Positions 40,744 through 49,783 of a stretch of DNA of 64,000 nucleotides are shown one piece after another. A program made the position numbers and the translations under genes. The first letter of the stretch is position 1, and each line of letters begins with the position of its first letter. Source of the stretch: Candidatus Omnitrophota bacterium (lineage in GTDB: Bacteria > Omnitrophota > Gorgyraeia > Zapsychrales > Fredricksoniimonadaceae); NCBI GenBank assembly GCA_015232565.1, contig JADFZK010000004.1, positions 11,907 through 75,906 on the forward strand, given 5' to 3'. The notes under the pieces were generated by a model. It worked only from the letters and a program-made list of their open reading frames with translations. It was not told the DNA's origin and searched no databases.

Positions 40744-40871
40744 CTGGTGTAACCAGATAGCTACATTATTAAATTAATTAACACCAACTTCAATAAATAT
40801 CTTAAAAATTTTTGGATGATTTTATCATTCACTCCATAAAAGTAAAACGAAATTCTCTCGACGGTAAATCT
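40744..40871 (-). promoter_or_regulatory. AT-rich 128-nt intergenic region upstream of the giant gene; candidate promoter/5' UTR
   Basis: Only sizeable non-coding gap in the secretin-to-ATPase array. Minus-strand reading contains TTGAAG-17nt-TAATAAT-like elements upstream of the ATG. Not verified. Confidence 0.3.
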
Positions 40872-42512
40872 TTAACGCGCGGACCGCGCGAAACGGGCGC
40901 CGTAAACAATGCCTGCCGCAGGGTCAAACCGGGCCTTAAGCCCATCCCTGGCAGGGTCTTTGGCCGCGAAATCCCGGGACGATACCTGAAAAGAAAGAGC
41001 GCTTCCGGACTGATAATCACCTCCGCGATATCCTATGCCGCTTGTCCCAACGACACCACCTGATTGTTGATAACCTGGCCAATCACTATTTGTTGCATTG
41101 CCTTCAAAACCAGTCAATGTTGCTACTTCCCCATCTCCATGAGAACCTATGAATTCAAGGCCTTGCGAAACACCTAACGATACTACGGGCTCAGCCACAT
41201 TGCCGGAAAGCTCCATATTGCCATACTTTCCCGCACCACTCATCTCCCGGCTCGAAGTATTCTCGGAAAATATCCCCACTCGTAATGGGCCTCTTTGACC
41301 GGCGGCCAAACCATCATCGCGGCCATCTCCGGTAGTCCACACTGCATCGTTGCGATTCAAATTTGCCGCGCCGTTAATTATCACTTCGGTACCATCCTCG
41401 TCCTGATTAGGCGGAAATATCTGGTCGGCCCCGGCGGGCTTGGCCGAATCATAGTTCATCCTCCAGGCCAGCTCATTGGCCACCGGCTGAACCAAGCCGC
41501 GGGCGGCTTTCTCAAATTCCAACTCGGTCATCGGGCGCAAGCCGGCCCAATCCGCATATGCCGCGGCATCTTGCCAGGCGATATAACTCATCGCCCGGGC
41601 AGGACGTTTCGTTTCCGCCGGAAGATTGGGATTAGCCGAGTCCCAGGAAATAGTATTACGATTAACAACGTCATCCGAACCCTTTCCCCCCAAAGAAGAA
41701 GAGCTGCTAGCCGTAATATCACGATTCATTTTCGCCGGTGGAGATAAAGTATTAAAGAAATTCACCCACTCTCCCTCGGTAAGTTCATACTTCATCAAAT
41801 AAAACGACTTATAACCGTTAGGAAATGAATTCAATATTCGAAATTCCTTACCACTTGCATACTCACCATTCGCCCCTGAACTTTGGTAAAAATATCCGCT
41901 ATCCGGCGTATTAGTAGTCATGAAACCGGCATCAGAAGAAATATACCATGGCAAGTTACCCTTATCATCGCTTGCATAACCTTGTTTAAAATGATACGGC
42001 GACGAACTGGGTCCGTCACCGGCAAAAAAGGCCCCGTCGGGAATATAAACCATCTCGATACCAAAAAGCCTGGTAAGGGTATTGGCCGCTTTGGCCGTAG
42101 CCTCACTCAACCCGGCCGCTTTATAATCCCAAACAAACTTTATATCTTTAGCATCAACTGTGCCCGACATAGTACCATTACGCCGAAAGAAAAAACCCTT
42201 ACTGTCTTCCGGCACAAAAGCCTCGAAGCCCGATGGCAAAACAAAACCAGCCGGATTAATTCCTGAACCATACATGCTCGCATGATGCCAGGTCTTGCCC
42301 GCATCAGTAGAATATTTCATAAATATCCAGGCCGCATCATGTGAAACCCCGTCACGCCAGCTGTTTTCCTGTTTAAGGTTAAAAGTGAAGGTCATCGCCC
42401 CCGCTCCGTTAGCGGAAACTTCGTCAAAGCCGGAAAGTGAAAGGTTATTAGCAGTTACGGGCGAAGTGAAACCGATCAATAAAGCAAAAAGCAGGCAGGT
42501 TTTTTTTAACAT
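40872..42512 (-). CDS. Secreted FGE-sulfatase-fold (SUMF1/GldJ/GldK/PorK-like) domain protein, paralog B
   Basis: 546 aa; signal peptide; C-terminal half has the FGE-domain core RAMSYIAWQDAAAYADWAGLRPMTELEFEKAARG (cf. VSW.dA.aYc.W...RLPTEAEWEyAARG); N-terminal beta-rich module with NSWRDGVSHDAAW shared with the neighbouring paralog. Confidence 0.7.
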   Translation of the reverse strand: MLKKTCLLFALLIGFTSPVTANNLSLSGFDEVSANGAGAMTFTFNLKQENSWRDGVSHDAAWIFMKYSTDAGKTWHHASMYGSGINPAGFVLPSGFEAFVPEDSKGFFFRRNGTMSGTVDAKDIKFVWDYKAAGLSEATAKAANTLTRLFGIEMVYIPDGAFFAGDGPSSSPYHFKQGYASDDKGNLPWYISSDAGFMTTNTPDSGYFYQSSGANGEYASGKEFRILNSFPNGYKSFYLMKYELTEGEWVNFFNTLSPPAKMNRDITASSSSSLGGKGSDDVVNRNTISWDSANPNLPAETKRPARAMSYIAWQDAAAYADWAGLRPMTELEFEKAARGLVQPVANELAWRMNYDSAKPAGADQIFPPNQDEDGTEVIINGAANLNRNDAVWTTGDGRDDGLAAGQRGPLRVGIFSENTSSREMSGAGKYGNMELSGNVAEPVVSLGVSQGLEFIGSHGDGEVATLTGFEGNATNSDWPGYQQSGGVVGTSGIGYRGGDYQSGSALSFQVSSRDFAAKDPARDGLKARFDPAAGIVYGARFARSAR

Positions 42513-42544
42513 AGGCTCTTTTGTAGGAAGTTTTAAGTGTTGAT

Positions 42545-44143
42545 CTACTGTCCGTCGACAGTCCTAACCCCGCGGCCGCCGGTAGCCGGGCCGCCATTAG
42601 CCGTGACCAGCGCGGCCTCAGTGCGATCGGAAACCTGAAGGCGGCCAACGCCATCCTGCCAGGAACCACCGCGTAAACCAGCCCCGACCGACGCCACGAC
42701 ACCTTTGGTCGTGTCGGAGCCCATGCCCGGCCAGCCGGCAACATCGGCATTGCCCTCAGATCCGGGAGTGGTCGTTAAATAGCCATTGCCATTAGCATAA
42801 CCATTCTTTTCGTTTACCGCCAAAGCCAAACCCTGAGCATTACCAATGGTTACGGCCCACTCTTTAAGATTTCCGGAAAGCTCCATCTGGCCATATTTAC
42901 CGGCGCCAGCCGCGATCCGGGTGGAATTCGGAGTAGAAAATATTCCTGCCCGTAAGGGGCCTTTTTGATACTCCAACCCCTTTACAGCATCGCCGCCGGT
43001 TAAACCCGGCTCAGCGAAACTGGCATTGGCATTCAATGTAGTCACCGTCTCAGTACCATCTTCCTCCACCGCGCTAAGTGCGGACGCTGGTATAGCGACC
43101 TTGTTCCCCCAGGCAAATTCGCCGGCTAAGGGCAACGCCGGACCGCGCGCAGCTTTCTCAAATTCCAATTCCGACCAGGGCCGTAAGCCCGCCCAATCCA
43201 GAAAAGCGCACAGATCCATCCAGGATAAATAACTGACGGCCCGAAAAGGACGCTGGGTAGAACACACCAAAGGCGACCCCGAGCAGGCTACAGTATTCCG
43301 GAAAACCACCGCATCCGAATTCTTATGTGAAGCATTGGTAATATCCCGACTCACACGAGCCGCGGCCGGCAAAGAATTCACAAACTCGACCCACAAACCC
43401 TCGGTAAGTTCGTATTTCATGGCATAAAAAGCACTATAACCTTTGGGGAAATCCTGGGGAATAACAAAAGAAGCCCCTGAAGGCGCCTCGCCGGGGTTAT
43501 CGCCGGAAACATAGTAATAACCGCCATTGGCAACCGCTGAAACAGTAATCGGCGCATTACTTTCGATATTCCACGGATTAGTATCGGCTGAGCCTTTCCT
43601 TAAAGAAGCATTTGCCGAACCCTGATCACCGGCATAAAAAGAGCCCGCTGGTATCAAAACCATTTCCAGCCCTACCACATTAACGGCAATAGTAGTGTTC
43701 TCGGCAAAACCACAATTACTGTAATCCACGGTGACCTTGACATCGGACGAGGAGAATGACGAAATGTCTTTATGCGCCAGCGGACGGATAAACGCCCCCA
43801 CTTTATCTACGGGAACATAAAGCTCGGCATTATCATTCGTTCCGGCCGCTGAACCCGCCGGAGCAACGCCCGAGGCGATCAGCTTGCACAGCCGTTTCTC
43901 GCCGGATGCCGCGCTGGTATCGAACAAACGCACCGTCAGCCAGGCGGCGTCATGATTAACCTTGTTCCGCCAGGAATTGTCCCAGGAAACATCAAAGAAA
44001 ACCGTTACGGTCTTGGCTTGCGGATCGCGGGCGCCCAGACGCACATTTGAAATATTAAGATTATTGGCCAGAACATTAGAGGAGAAAAATATTGAGGCTA
44101 AACCAATCCCGAAGAGTACGAAAACAGCCCTGCAGTTACCCAT
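42545..44143 (-). CDS. Secreted FGE-sulfatase-fold (GldJ/GldK/PorK-like) domain protein, paralog A
   Basis: 532 aa; signal peptide; RAVSYLSWMDLCAFLDWAGLRPWSELEFEKAARG and FAWGN motifs; N-terminal NSWRNKVNHDAAW module; GAGG RBS 6 nt upstream of the ATG. Confidence 0.7.
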   Translation of the reverse strand: MGNCRAVFVLFGIGLASIFFSSNVLANNLNISNVRLGARDPQAKTVTVFFDVSWDNSWRNKVNHDAAWLTVRLFDTSAASGEKRLCKLIASGVAPAGSAAGTNDNAELYVPVDKVGAFIRPLAHKDISSFSSSDVKVTVDYSNCGFAENTTIAVNVVGLEMVLIPAGSFYAGDQGSANASLRKGSADTNPWNIESNAPITVSAVANGGYYYVSGDNPGEAPSGASFVIPQDFPKGYSAFYAMKYELTEGLWVEFVNSLPAAARVSRDITNASHKNSDAVVFRNTVACSGSPLVCSTQRPFRAVSYLSWMDLCAFLDWAGLRPWSELEFEKAARGPALPLAGEFAWGNKVAIPASALSAVEEDGTETVTTLNANASFAEPGLTGGDAVKGLEYQKGPLRAGIFSTPNSTRIAAGAGKYGQMELSGNLKEWAVTIGNAQGLALAVNEKNGYANGNGYLTTTPGSEGNADVAGWPGMGSDTTKGVVASVGAGLRGGSWQDGVGRLQVSDRTEAALVTANGGPATGGRGVRTVDGQ

Positions 44144-44233
44144 AAAACCTCATGCAATTTTTTACACCCAAGCAACGCGCTAGATCCCCTTCGAAAACTA
44201 CTACTGCGGGCGAACGATAGCGAAAGAGTTTCT

Positions 44234-45097
44234 TCAGTTCGCGATATTAATCTTGCCGGTAAGCTCGGTCTTATCAGCCTTTGAATTGCTTAAGGCCGAT
44301 TTCAAACTAATTTTGGCAGCAACAATCTTTTCTTCAACCAATTTACGATCATCAGTTTGCGGTTTAAGATACAAAAACCACTGATAATGCTTCAAAGCGG
44401 TTTCCTGATCACCGATGTACTCGCCACTGACAAAAGCCAGATTATAATGGGCATCAGCATCGTAAGGCATCAGATCCACCGCCTGATAATACTCCACTAC
44501 CGCCCGCTGATATTCGCCGCGTTCAAAATAAACATTGCCCATATTATAATGCGCCCGCGCCAGCTCTTCCTTGAATTTCTCGTCCTCAGGATCCAGGTCG
44601 CCGCCCTTCATCAGGACTTCATTAGCCTTCTTTTCCACTTCCACCAGCGGCATGATCGGGCCTTTTAAAGAAGCGGCCGGAACGTCGGATCTTTTAACAT
44701 CAGAACCCGACGACTTGATCTGATCTTCCATCTTCTTCATCCTGGCTTCGAACGAATCTTCCTGCGAAGCCATCTGGGTGCGCATATCCTCGAGGTCTTT
44801 GGTGTATTTGGAATTCAAATTCTCAACCCGGCGGATCTCCTTGACGAATTGCTCCCGTTCCAAACGCATTTCTTCCACGCGCTTGGCCTCATATTCTTTT
44901 TCGTTCTTAAGGCGCTCGATCTCCTTCTTGAAAGACTCGGTATCCGCCTGCACACCAGCCGCGGAAGGGGCTTGCTCGACGGCGTAAGCCGGCCAGGCAC
45001 CCAAAACCGTTGACATCATTGCCAGCGCAAAACCAGCACCAATGATCTTTTTGAAGGACGCTCTCATAAAAACCTCTCCGGAATGGTTTGCAACCAA
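44234..45097 (-). CDS. Signal-peptide coiled-coil/TPR protein; possible secretin pilotin (PilF/PilW-like)
   Basis: 287 aa; N-terminal hydrophobic signal, charged coiled coil, then TPR-like repeats (AHYNMGNVYFERGEYQRAVVEYYQAVDLMPYDADAHYNLAFV); stop of secretin gene abuts its start (0-nt gap). Confidence 0.45.
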   Translation of the reverse strand: MVANHSGEVFMRASFKKIIGAGFALAMMSTVLGAWPAYAVEQAPSAAGVQADTESFKKEIERLKNEKEYEAKRVEEMRLEREQFVKEIRRVENLNSKYTKDLEDMRTQMASQEDSFEARMKKMEDQIKSSGSDVKRSDVPAASLKGPIMPLVEVEKKANEVLMKGGDLDPEDEKFKEELARAHYNMGNVYFERGEYQRAVVEYYQAVDLMPYDADAHYNLAFVSGEYIGDQETALKHYQWFLYLKPQTDDRKLVEEKIVAAKISLKSALSNSKADKTELTGKINIAN

Positions 45098-46672
45098 TTA
45101 ATTATAAGACTTGGACGGCTTTATTGAACCGCTCGATTCCTTGTAATTCTCTTTACCAGTCATGATGTGAGGCGTAATAAATATCACTATCTCCGTAGAG
45201 GTAGTTTCGTCAGCCTGGTTGCTGAAAAGCTTTCCCAACAATGGCATTTCCCCTAGGATCGGTATGCCTGTCTTGGTGTGCTTTTTATCGTCCTTCCGTA
45301 AACCAGCCAAAACAATGGTGGTCCCGTCCTCAACAAGTACCGTGGTTTCGATCTCGGTCTTGTTAACTTGAGGAATACCGCCTTCATTCGCGCTATTGGT
45401 TGACTTCACGCTAAGTACGACAGATGAAATCTCCGGTTTCAATCGCAGGGTAACCATGCCGTCGTCATTAATTGTGGGTGTTACACTTAATTTCAAACCA
45501 ACATCCACAAAACGAACATCTTCACTGATTACAGGATTAGCCGTACCCACCGTAGTCGAAATTATATAGGGGACCGTGTCACCTATGTGAATACGAGCTT
45601 CCTCATTATTGATAGCCAAAATTTTCGGATTAGAAAGGATCTTGGTATCGCTGACCTCATTCATTGCCTTGATCTGAGCCAGAAAATTGCCGGCATTAAC
45701 CGTGCCAACCTGGACCTTGCCGAAAGTTCCGTCTAGATTTGCAGCCGCAGGAGAACCAAAGCCAACAGTCATGTCGTGAATAGATTTATTTTTCAACAGC
45801 AACGACCAATCGATGCCCATGTCGTACTGTGGTTTAAGAATAACTTGCAGGATCCGCGCTTCGATCAAAACTTCTTTGGTCGGCTCATCCAGATGGCGCA
45901 CGATCTTTTCGATCTCGTCCTTGCGGCCAGGGAAAACCCTGACCACCAGCTGATTGGAACGCTCGTCGGCCGTAATGGAACCTACCGACTTGGCATCGAT
46001 CCGCATACGCAGTTTATCCGCCACTACATCCGCTTTGGCATATTGCAGGCTATAAACCATGGTTTCCAAAGGCTGTTCGATCTCCAGTACTACTTTTTTC
46101 ATTTTGGCAATGGACTCCGGCGTGTCGATCAGTACCAATGAACCGGTATCCTCATCGATGACGATCTTACCGACATTGCTCTTGATGTTGTCCAGCGTGG
46201 CCAACACATAACTGGGTTTGGCATACTGCAAATGCAGGGTTTCAACCACCGTTTTGTCGCCGAACTGCTTGCCGAACATGGCTTCATACTCAACCGAGGT
46301 CATTACCTGAATTATGTCGTTCTGAATGGAATACGCCAAGCGGTTGGAGACCACCACGATATCCAGCGCGTCCTTGATGCCCACATTGTCCAACAGCACG
46401 GTGGTGCGTCCGTCAACGGCAGGGCTGACAATCACGTTGAAATCGCCCTTCATTGCCAAAAACTTGATAACGTCCACAATGTTCATGTCGCGCACATCGA
46501 GCGCGATCTTGCGGTTCATCCGCACTTCGATAGTTTCCCGTGGCTCAGTGAGGAGTATGGGCTTGGGAAGTTTGGGCTCTTCCGCCCGTAGAGGTGCGGC
46601 CGAAACCAAAAGCACGGCCGCGCCAAGGACAAACGGTAAAATCCTGAAGGAAAATGGCTTGAGTGTAGTCAT
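45098..46672 (-). CDS. Secretin, GspD/PilQ family
   Basis: 524 aa; signal peptide, N-domains, and a C-terminal secretin domain with hallmark ILSNPKILAINNEEARIHIGDTVPY ... GIPILGEMPLLGKLFSNQADETTSTEIVIFITPHI. Confidence 0.85.
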   Translation of the reverse strand: MTTLKPFSFRILPFVLGAAVLLVSAAPLRAEEPKLPKPILLTEPRETIEVRMNRKIALDVRDMNIVDVIKFLAMKGDFNVIVSPAVDGRTTVLLDNVGIKDALDIVVVSNRLAYSIQNDIIQVMTSVEYEAMFGKQFGDKTVVETLHLQYAKPSYVLATLDNIKSNVGKIVIDEDTGSLVLIDTPESIAKMKKVVLEIEQPLETMVYSLQYAKADVVADKLRMRIDAKSVGSITADERSNQLVVRVFPGRKDEIEKIVRHLDEPTKEVLIEARILQVILKPQYDMGIDWSLLLKNKSIHDMTVGFGSPAAANLDGTFGKVQVGTVNAGNFLAQIKAMNEVSDTKILSNPKILAINNEEARIHIGDTVPYIISTTVGTANPVISEDVRFVDVGLKLSVTPTINDDGMVTLRLKPEISSVVLSVKSTNSANEGGIPQVNKTEIETTVLVEDGTTIVLAGLRKDDKKHTKTGIPILGEMPLLGKLFSNQADETTSTEIVIFITPHIMTGKENYKESSGSIKPSKSYN

Positions 46673-47289
46673 AGCTTGATTGTTATCTCCTCGTTGGCGC
46701 GGCTGAAGACCACGCGATCCGTGTAGATGATCTTAACGATCACATCCTCAACCTTGTCTCCCTGTTTCAGGAAGTGGGTCATATGCGTAGCCGTATCTTC
46801 CAGCATTACAGTAGCGGACTCAGGCACATCCAGCCAGGCAATACCGACGATCTTGAACTTGGACATTTTCTTTTCCAAAGCCACCAGGTCGGAAGGCGCG
46901 GTCTCTTTTACCTCGACCTTTTTCTCGTAAGGCTGGAAAATATTGCGCGAACTGATCCTGTCCAGGTAATACCCGACACTTTTCATTTGCGGCACGAACA
47001 GATTTACATTCTCCCTGGCCGCACCATTGCCGGAGGAGAAAACCACTTCTTCGCCGATCAAGGTTAAGCCACTGCGCACTTCATAGGCGAAGAACAGTGC
47101 GCTGGCCACCACACATACAATTAAAAAAACATTGAACTGCCGGACATTGAACGCGAAACTACGACGGGGACTTGTTACCGCCGACTTCGCCAACATGGCC
47201 GGCGCTTCGCTCCTGGAGCCCGCCTGCGCCTTTTTGGAGGCTTCGATGATCTTCAGGAGTTTTTGTTCCGCGGTTTCTTTTTGTGCCAT
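46669..47289 (-). CDS. Bitopic membrane protein, possible secretin-associated PilP/GspC-like component
   Basis: 206 aa; single TM (VFLIVCVVASALFFAY) then beta-rich C-terminal domain; 4-nt overlap with the secretin start. Family assignment is positional only. Confidence 0.35.
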   Translation of the reverse strand: MAQKETAEQKLLKIIEASKKAQAGSRSEAPAMLAKSAVTSPRRSFAFNVRQFNVFLIVCVVASALFFAYEVRSGLTLIGEEVVFSSGNGAARENVNLFVPQMKSVGYYLDRISSRNIFQPYEKKVEVKETAPSDLVALEKKMSKFKIVGIAWLDVPESATVMLEDTATHMTHFLKQGDKVEDVIVKIIYTDRVVFSRANEEITIKL

Positions 47290-47405
47290 TTATCGTCGAC
47301 AGATTAAGGTTTGTTGGCCCGATGCGTTATCCGAAATAACTTCAGGAACGCTTTCATATTAACATAGTGAAAGTGCCCGGCAAGTTTTTTTTAACTTTTT
47401 TTCTC

Positions 47406-48365
47406 TTAATAAAAGCGTTTTTTTAGAAAATAGGCCCCGCCGGACAAAAGACCCGCGGTCCGGCTGAACGCGCGTAACCACATTATTGGCCCGGCCAGCA
47501 GGCCGTCCGATGAAAGCCCGATGATCCACAGTCCGGCCGCCAGCTCAAAACACAGAAACCCGCCCAACCACCACCAGAAGAATGCCGGCCAGAATAATCC
47601 CCCCGCTAAAACGGCCACCAGAGGAACCTCCGCAATATCTTTCCAAAAAGTGTAATCATCTCCCGCGGCCATGGCTGTATGGTCAAGATAGGTGCGCACG
47701 CGCCAGAAACCATGCCGGAACTGTTCCCGTAAATATTTTCCCAGGGACTCCTGGTGATAATGGGCAACACAAGCATCCGTGATAAAGCGGATCCGGGCTC
47801 CGGAACGTAGAACACGATAGCTCAGATCATTATCTTCCCCGCTGGCCCGACGGTAAGATTCATTAAAACCGCCCAGCTGGCGAAACAGCTCCGCTGTAAT
47901 GGCAAAATTGTAACTGCCAAAAGCCCGCGGATACTCCGGCATTAAACGCAAATGCCGATACCGGATCTCGGCATGAATGATGCGCGCGAGAGCGGATCGT
48001 GGATTGGCTATGCCGTAACTGCCGGCCACCGCCCCCACTCGAGACGCATTAAAACCCGCCAGCATTTTCTTAAGCCAGCCGGCTTCCGGACGGCAATCTG
48101 AATCGATGAACAATAAAACATCCCCACTTGCCTGTGCCGCGCCATAATTCCGCGCGCTGGCCGGGCCGCTATTATTCTGATAAAAATATCTTACCCCGGG
48201 GAACGCCCGCGCGATACGTGCGGTGGCATCGGTGGAACCGTCGTCGACCAACACCAACTCCGGCGCGTTTTCAATGCTTTGCTCAAGCACCGCTTTTAGC
48301 GCTTCGGCTATGGTGGCCTCCGCATTATACGCCGGAATGATGACACTAACTTTACCAAAACTCAT
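47406..48365 (-). CDS. Family 2 glycosyltransferase with C-terminal membrane region
   Basis: 319 aa; VSVIIPAYNAEATI...LVDDGSTDAT...FIDSDC motifs of the GT-A/GT2 fold. Confidence 0.75.
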   Translation of the reverse strand: MSFGKVSVIIPAYNAEATIAEALKAVLEQSIENAPELVLVDDGSTDATARIARAFPGVRYFYQNNSGPASARNYGAAQASGDVLLFIDSDCRPEAGWLKKMLAGFNASRVGAVAGSYGIANPRSALARIIHAEIRYRHLRLMPEYPRAFGSYNFAITAELFRQLGGFNESYRRASGEDNDLSYRVLRSGARIRFITDACVAHYHQESLGKYLREQFRHGFWRVRTYLDHTAMAAGDDYTFWKDIAEVPLVAVLAGGLFWPAFFWWWLGGFLCFELAAGLWIIGLSSDGLLAGPIMWLRAFSRTAGLLSGGAYFLKKRFY

Positions 48366-48724
48366 TGCGCGCGGCCTCTCAGGAGCTCCTTTACCTCCTC
48401 GAGCTCCCGCCCAAGGATGCCGATCTTTTGCGCCATCCGGTCATTCCGCCGGTTCTGCTGGCACAAAAATACTGTCAACAGAAGGCTTAAGAAAATAAAG
48501 ACCCCCATCAAGGCAAAGAAAATAAAGTTGCTGGGCAACTCGAATCCCAGTAACACCGCAAGACGGAATACCCAGGAAGGGAAAGCCGCCGCCAACACCC
48601 CCGCCCCGGCAAAGAACAACCAGGCGAATGCGTATTTAAAGGTCAGTTTCTCCCGGCGGACAAGCTCGACCACAAACAAGAACAAGCCGGAAGAAAGCAA
48701 TAAAGCTATTGTTTTTATTCCCAT
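48362..48724 (-). CDS. Small membrane protein, DUF2304-like
   Basis: 120 aa; 3-4 TM helices, ELVRREKLTFKYAFAWLF motif typical of DUF2304 proteins that accompany GtrB-like GT2 enzymes; overlaps both neighbouring genes. Confidence 0.5.
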   Translation of the reverse strand: MGIKTIALLLSSGLFLFVVELVRREKLTFKYAFAWLFFAGAGVLAAAFPSWVFRLAVLLGFELPSNFIFFALMGVFIFLSLLLTVFLCQQNRRNDRMAQKIGILGRELEEVKELLRGRAQ

Positions 48725-49452
48725 GTGCCGTAGACCTTTCTGTCTTTCAACATATGCAGTAAGATTGCCGCCGTAACTTTTATCATATAATACGGCGATT
48801 TCAGCCGGCCGATAGAACTTTTACCCGCCAGGCGCGCGCGCATCTCGACCGGCACCTCCATCAGGCGGGCGCCCAGGCGGCGCGCCACCACGATCGCTTC
48901 CGGCTCGGGGAAATCAACCGGATAATACCCACCGTAAACCTTAATGAGTTTACGTCCGCAGGCCCGGAAGCCGGAGGTCGGGTCGGACGCGGCAAAGCCC
49001 GTCAACACCCGGATCAAAACCCGAAAGAACGCTATTCCCATACGCCGGGAGAAAGAAGAACGAAACCCCCCCGACTGGGACAGGAAACGACTGCCGATCA
49101 CCATATCGGCCTGCCCCTCCAGTACCGGCTGGATGATCGCCACCAGAAAATTCACATCATGCTGACCGTCGCCATCAACCTGCACCGCCACCGCAAAATC
49201 ATGCTCCGCGGCATAACGATACCCGGCCTGCACCGCACCGCCAATGCCCAGGTTAAAGGGCAGAGAGATCACCCGGGCGCCCGCGGACCGGGCACACTCG
49301 GCAGTATCATCAAGCGAACCATCATTTATGACCAAAGGGACCACCGCGCCCGGCAAGGCCAATACTTCCCGCACCACCCGGGCAATATTGCCAGCTTCAT
49401 TATAAGCCGGAATGATGGCGATGACCTTCATTTCACGCATCCCCTTTACCAA
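48715..49452 (-). CDS. GT2 glycosyltransferase, polyprenol-phosphate sugar transferase (DPM1/GtrB-like)
   Basis: 245 aa; VIAIIPAYNEAGNI...INDGSLDDT...VDGDGQHD motifs. Confidence 0.75.
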   Translation of the reverse strand: MVKGMREMKVIAIIPAYNEAGNIARVVREVLALPGAVVPLVINDGSLDDTAECARSAGARVISLPFNLGIGGAVQAGYRYAAEHDFAVAVQVDGDGQHDVNFLVAIIQPVLEGQADMVIGSRFLSQSGGFRSSFSRRMGIAFFRVLIRVLTGFAASDPTSGFRACGRKLIKVYGGYYPVDFPEPEAIVVARRLGARLMEVPVEMRARLAGKSSIGRLKSPYYMIKVTAAILLHMLKDRKVYGTWE

Positions 49453-49783
49453 AAATGTGTTTGATCCGAGTCAAAAGGCTATAGTCCATTATCGTGTCAT
49501 CCGCCTGTATCACCATTCCCCCGCGCAATTCCCGGTTGCAGGCAATGGCCACAGCAGCACACGGAAAACTACGCTGGAGCAAAGCCCGTAATTTTAATTC
49601 ATCAGCCGCAGAAAGCTCAACGCAAGTAATCACCGAGACCACCCTTACTTCTTTACGCGGCGGAGCCTGTTCCAGAGCCTGCCAGGCCGCCCGCACCAGC
49701 TCACGTTTTAACATCAGCCACAAAATCGCCAGTATGATCGCGGCCAAAACCCCTTGTGCCAATAGCAGTTTAACCAGGATCAT
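49433..49783 (-). CDS. Small membrane-anchored protein with ATP synthase delta/OSCP C-terminal-like domain
   Basis: 116 aa; N-terminal TM, then VRVVSVITCVELSAADELKLRALLQ...RELRGGMVIQADDTIMDYSLLTRIKHI, which aligns with the delta C-terminal consensus (A.V.SA.pLs.....l...L......v.....D.sliGG.vi..gd.viD.Sv...L..l). Overlaps neighbours at both ends. Confidence 0.4.
   Translation of the reverse strand: MILVKLLLAQGVLAAIILAILWLMLKRELVRAAWQALEQAPPRKEVRVVSVITCVELSAADELKLRALLQRSFPCAAVAIACNRELRGGMVIQADDTIMDYSLLTRIKHIFGKGDA

Noticed and set aside
40877-40891. Palindrome cgcgcggaccgcgcg near the FGE-fold gene stop considered as a terminator
   Set aside because: It lies inside the 3' end of the CDS (codons for ...ARFARSAR) and is not followed by a U-run in the minus-strand transcript.
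47290-47405. Hairpin plus T-run (gcccggcaag tttttttt) between the GT2 gene and the PilP-like gene considered as a terminator
   Set aside because: The T-run is on the plus strand, so it would terminate plus-strand transcription, and no plus-strand genes exist here. On the minus strand it reads as an A-run preceding the stem, so it is not a convincing minus-strand terminator.
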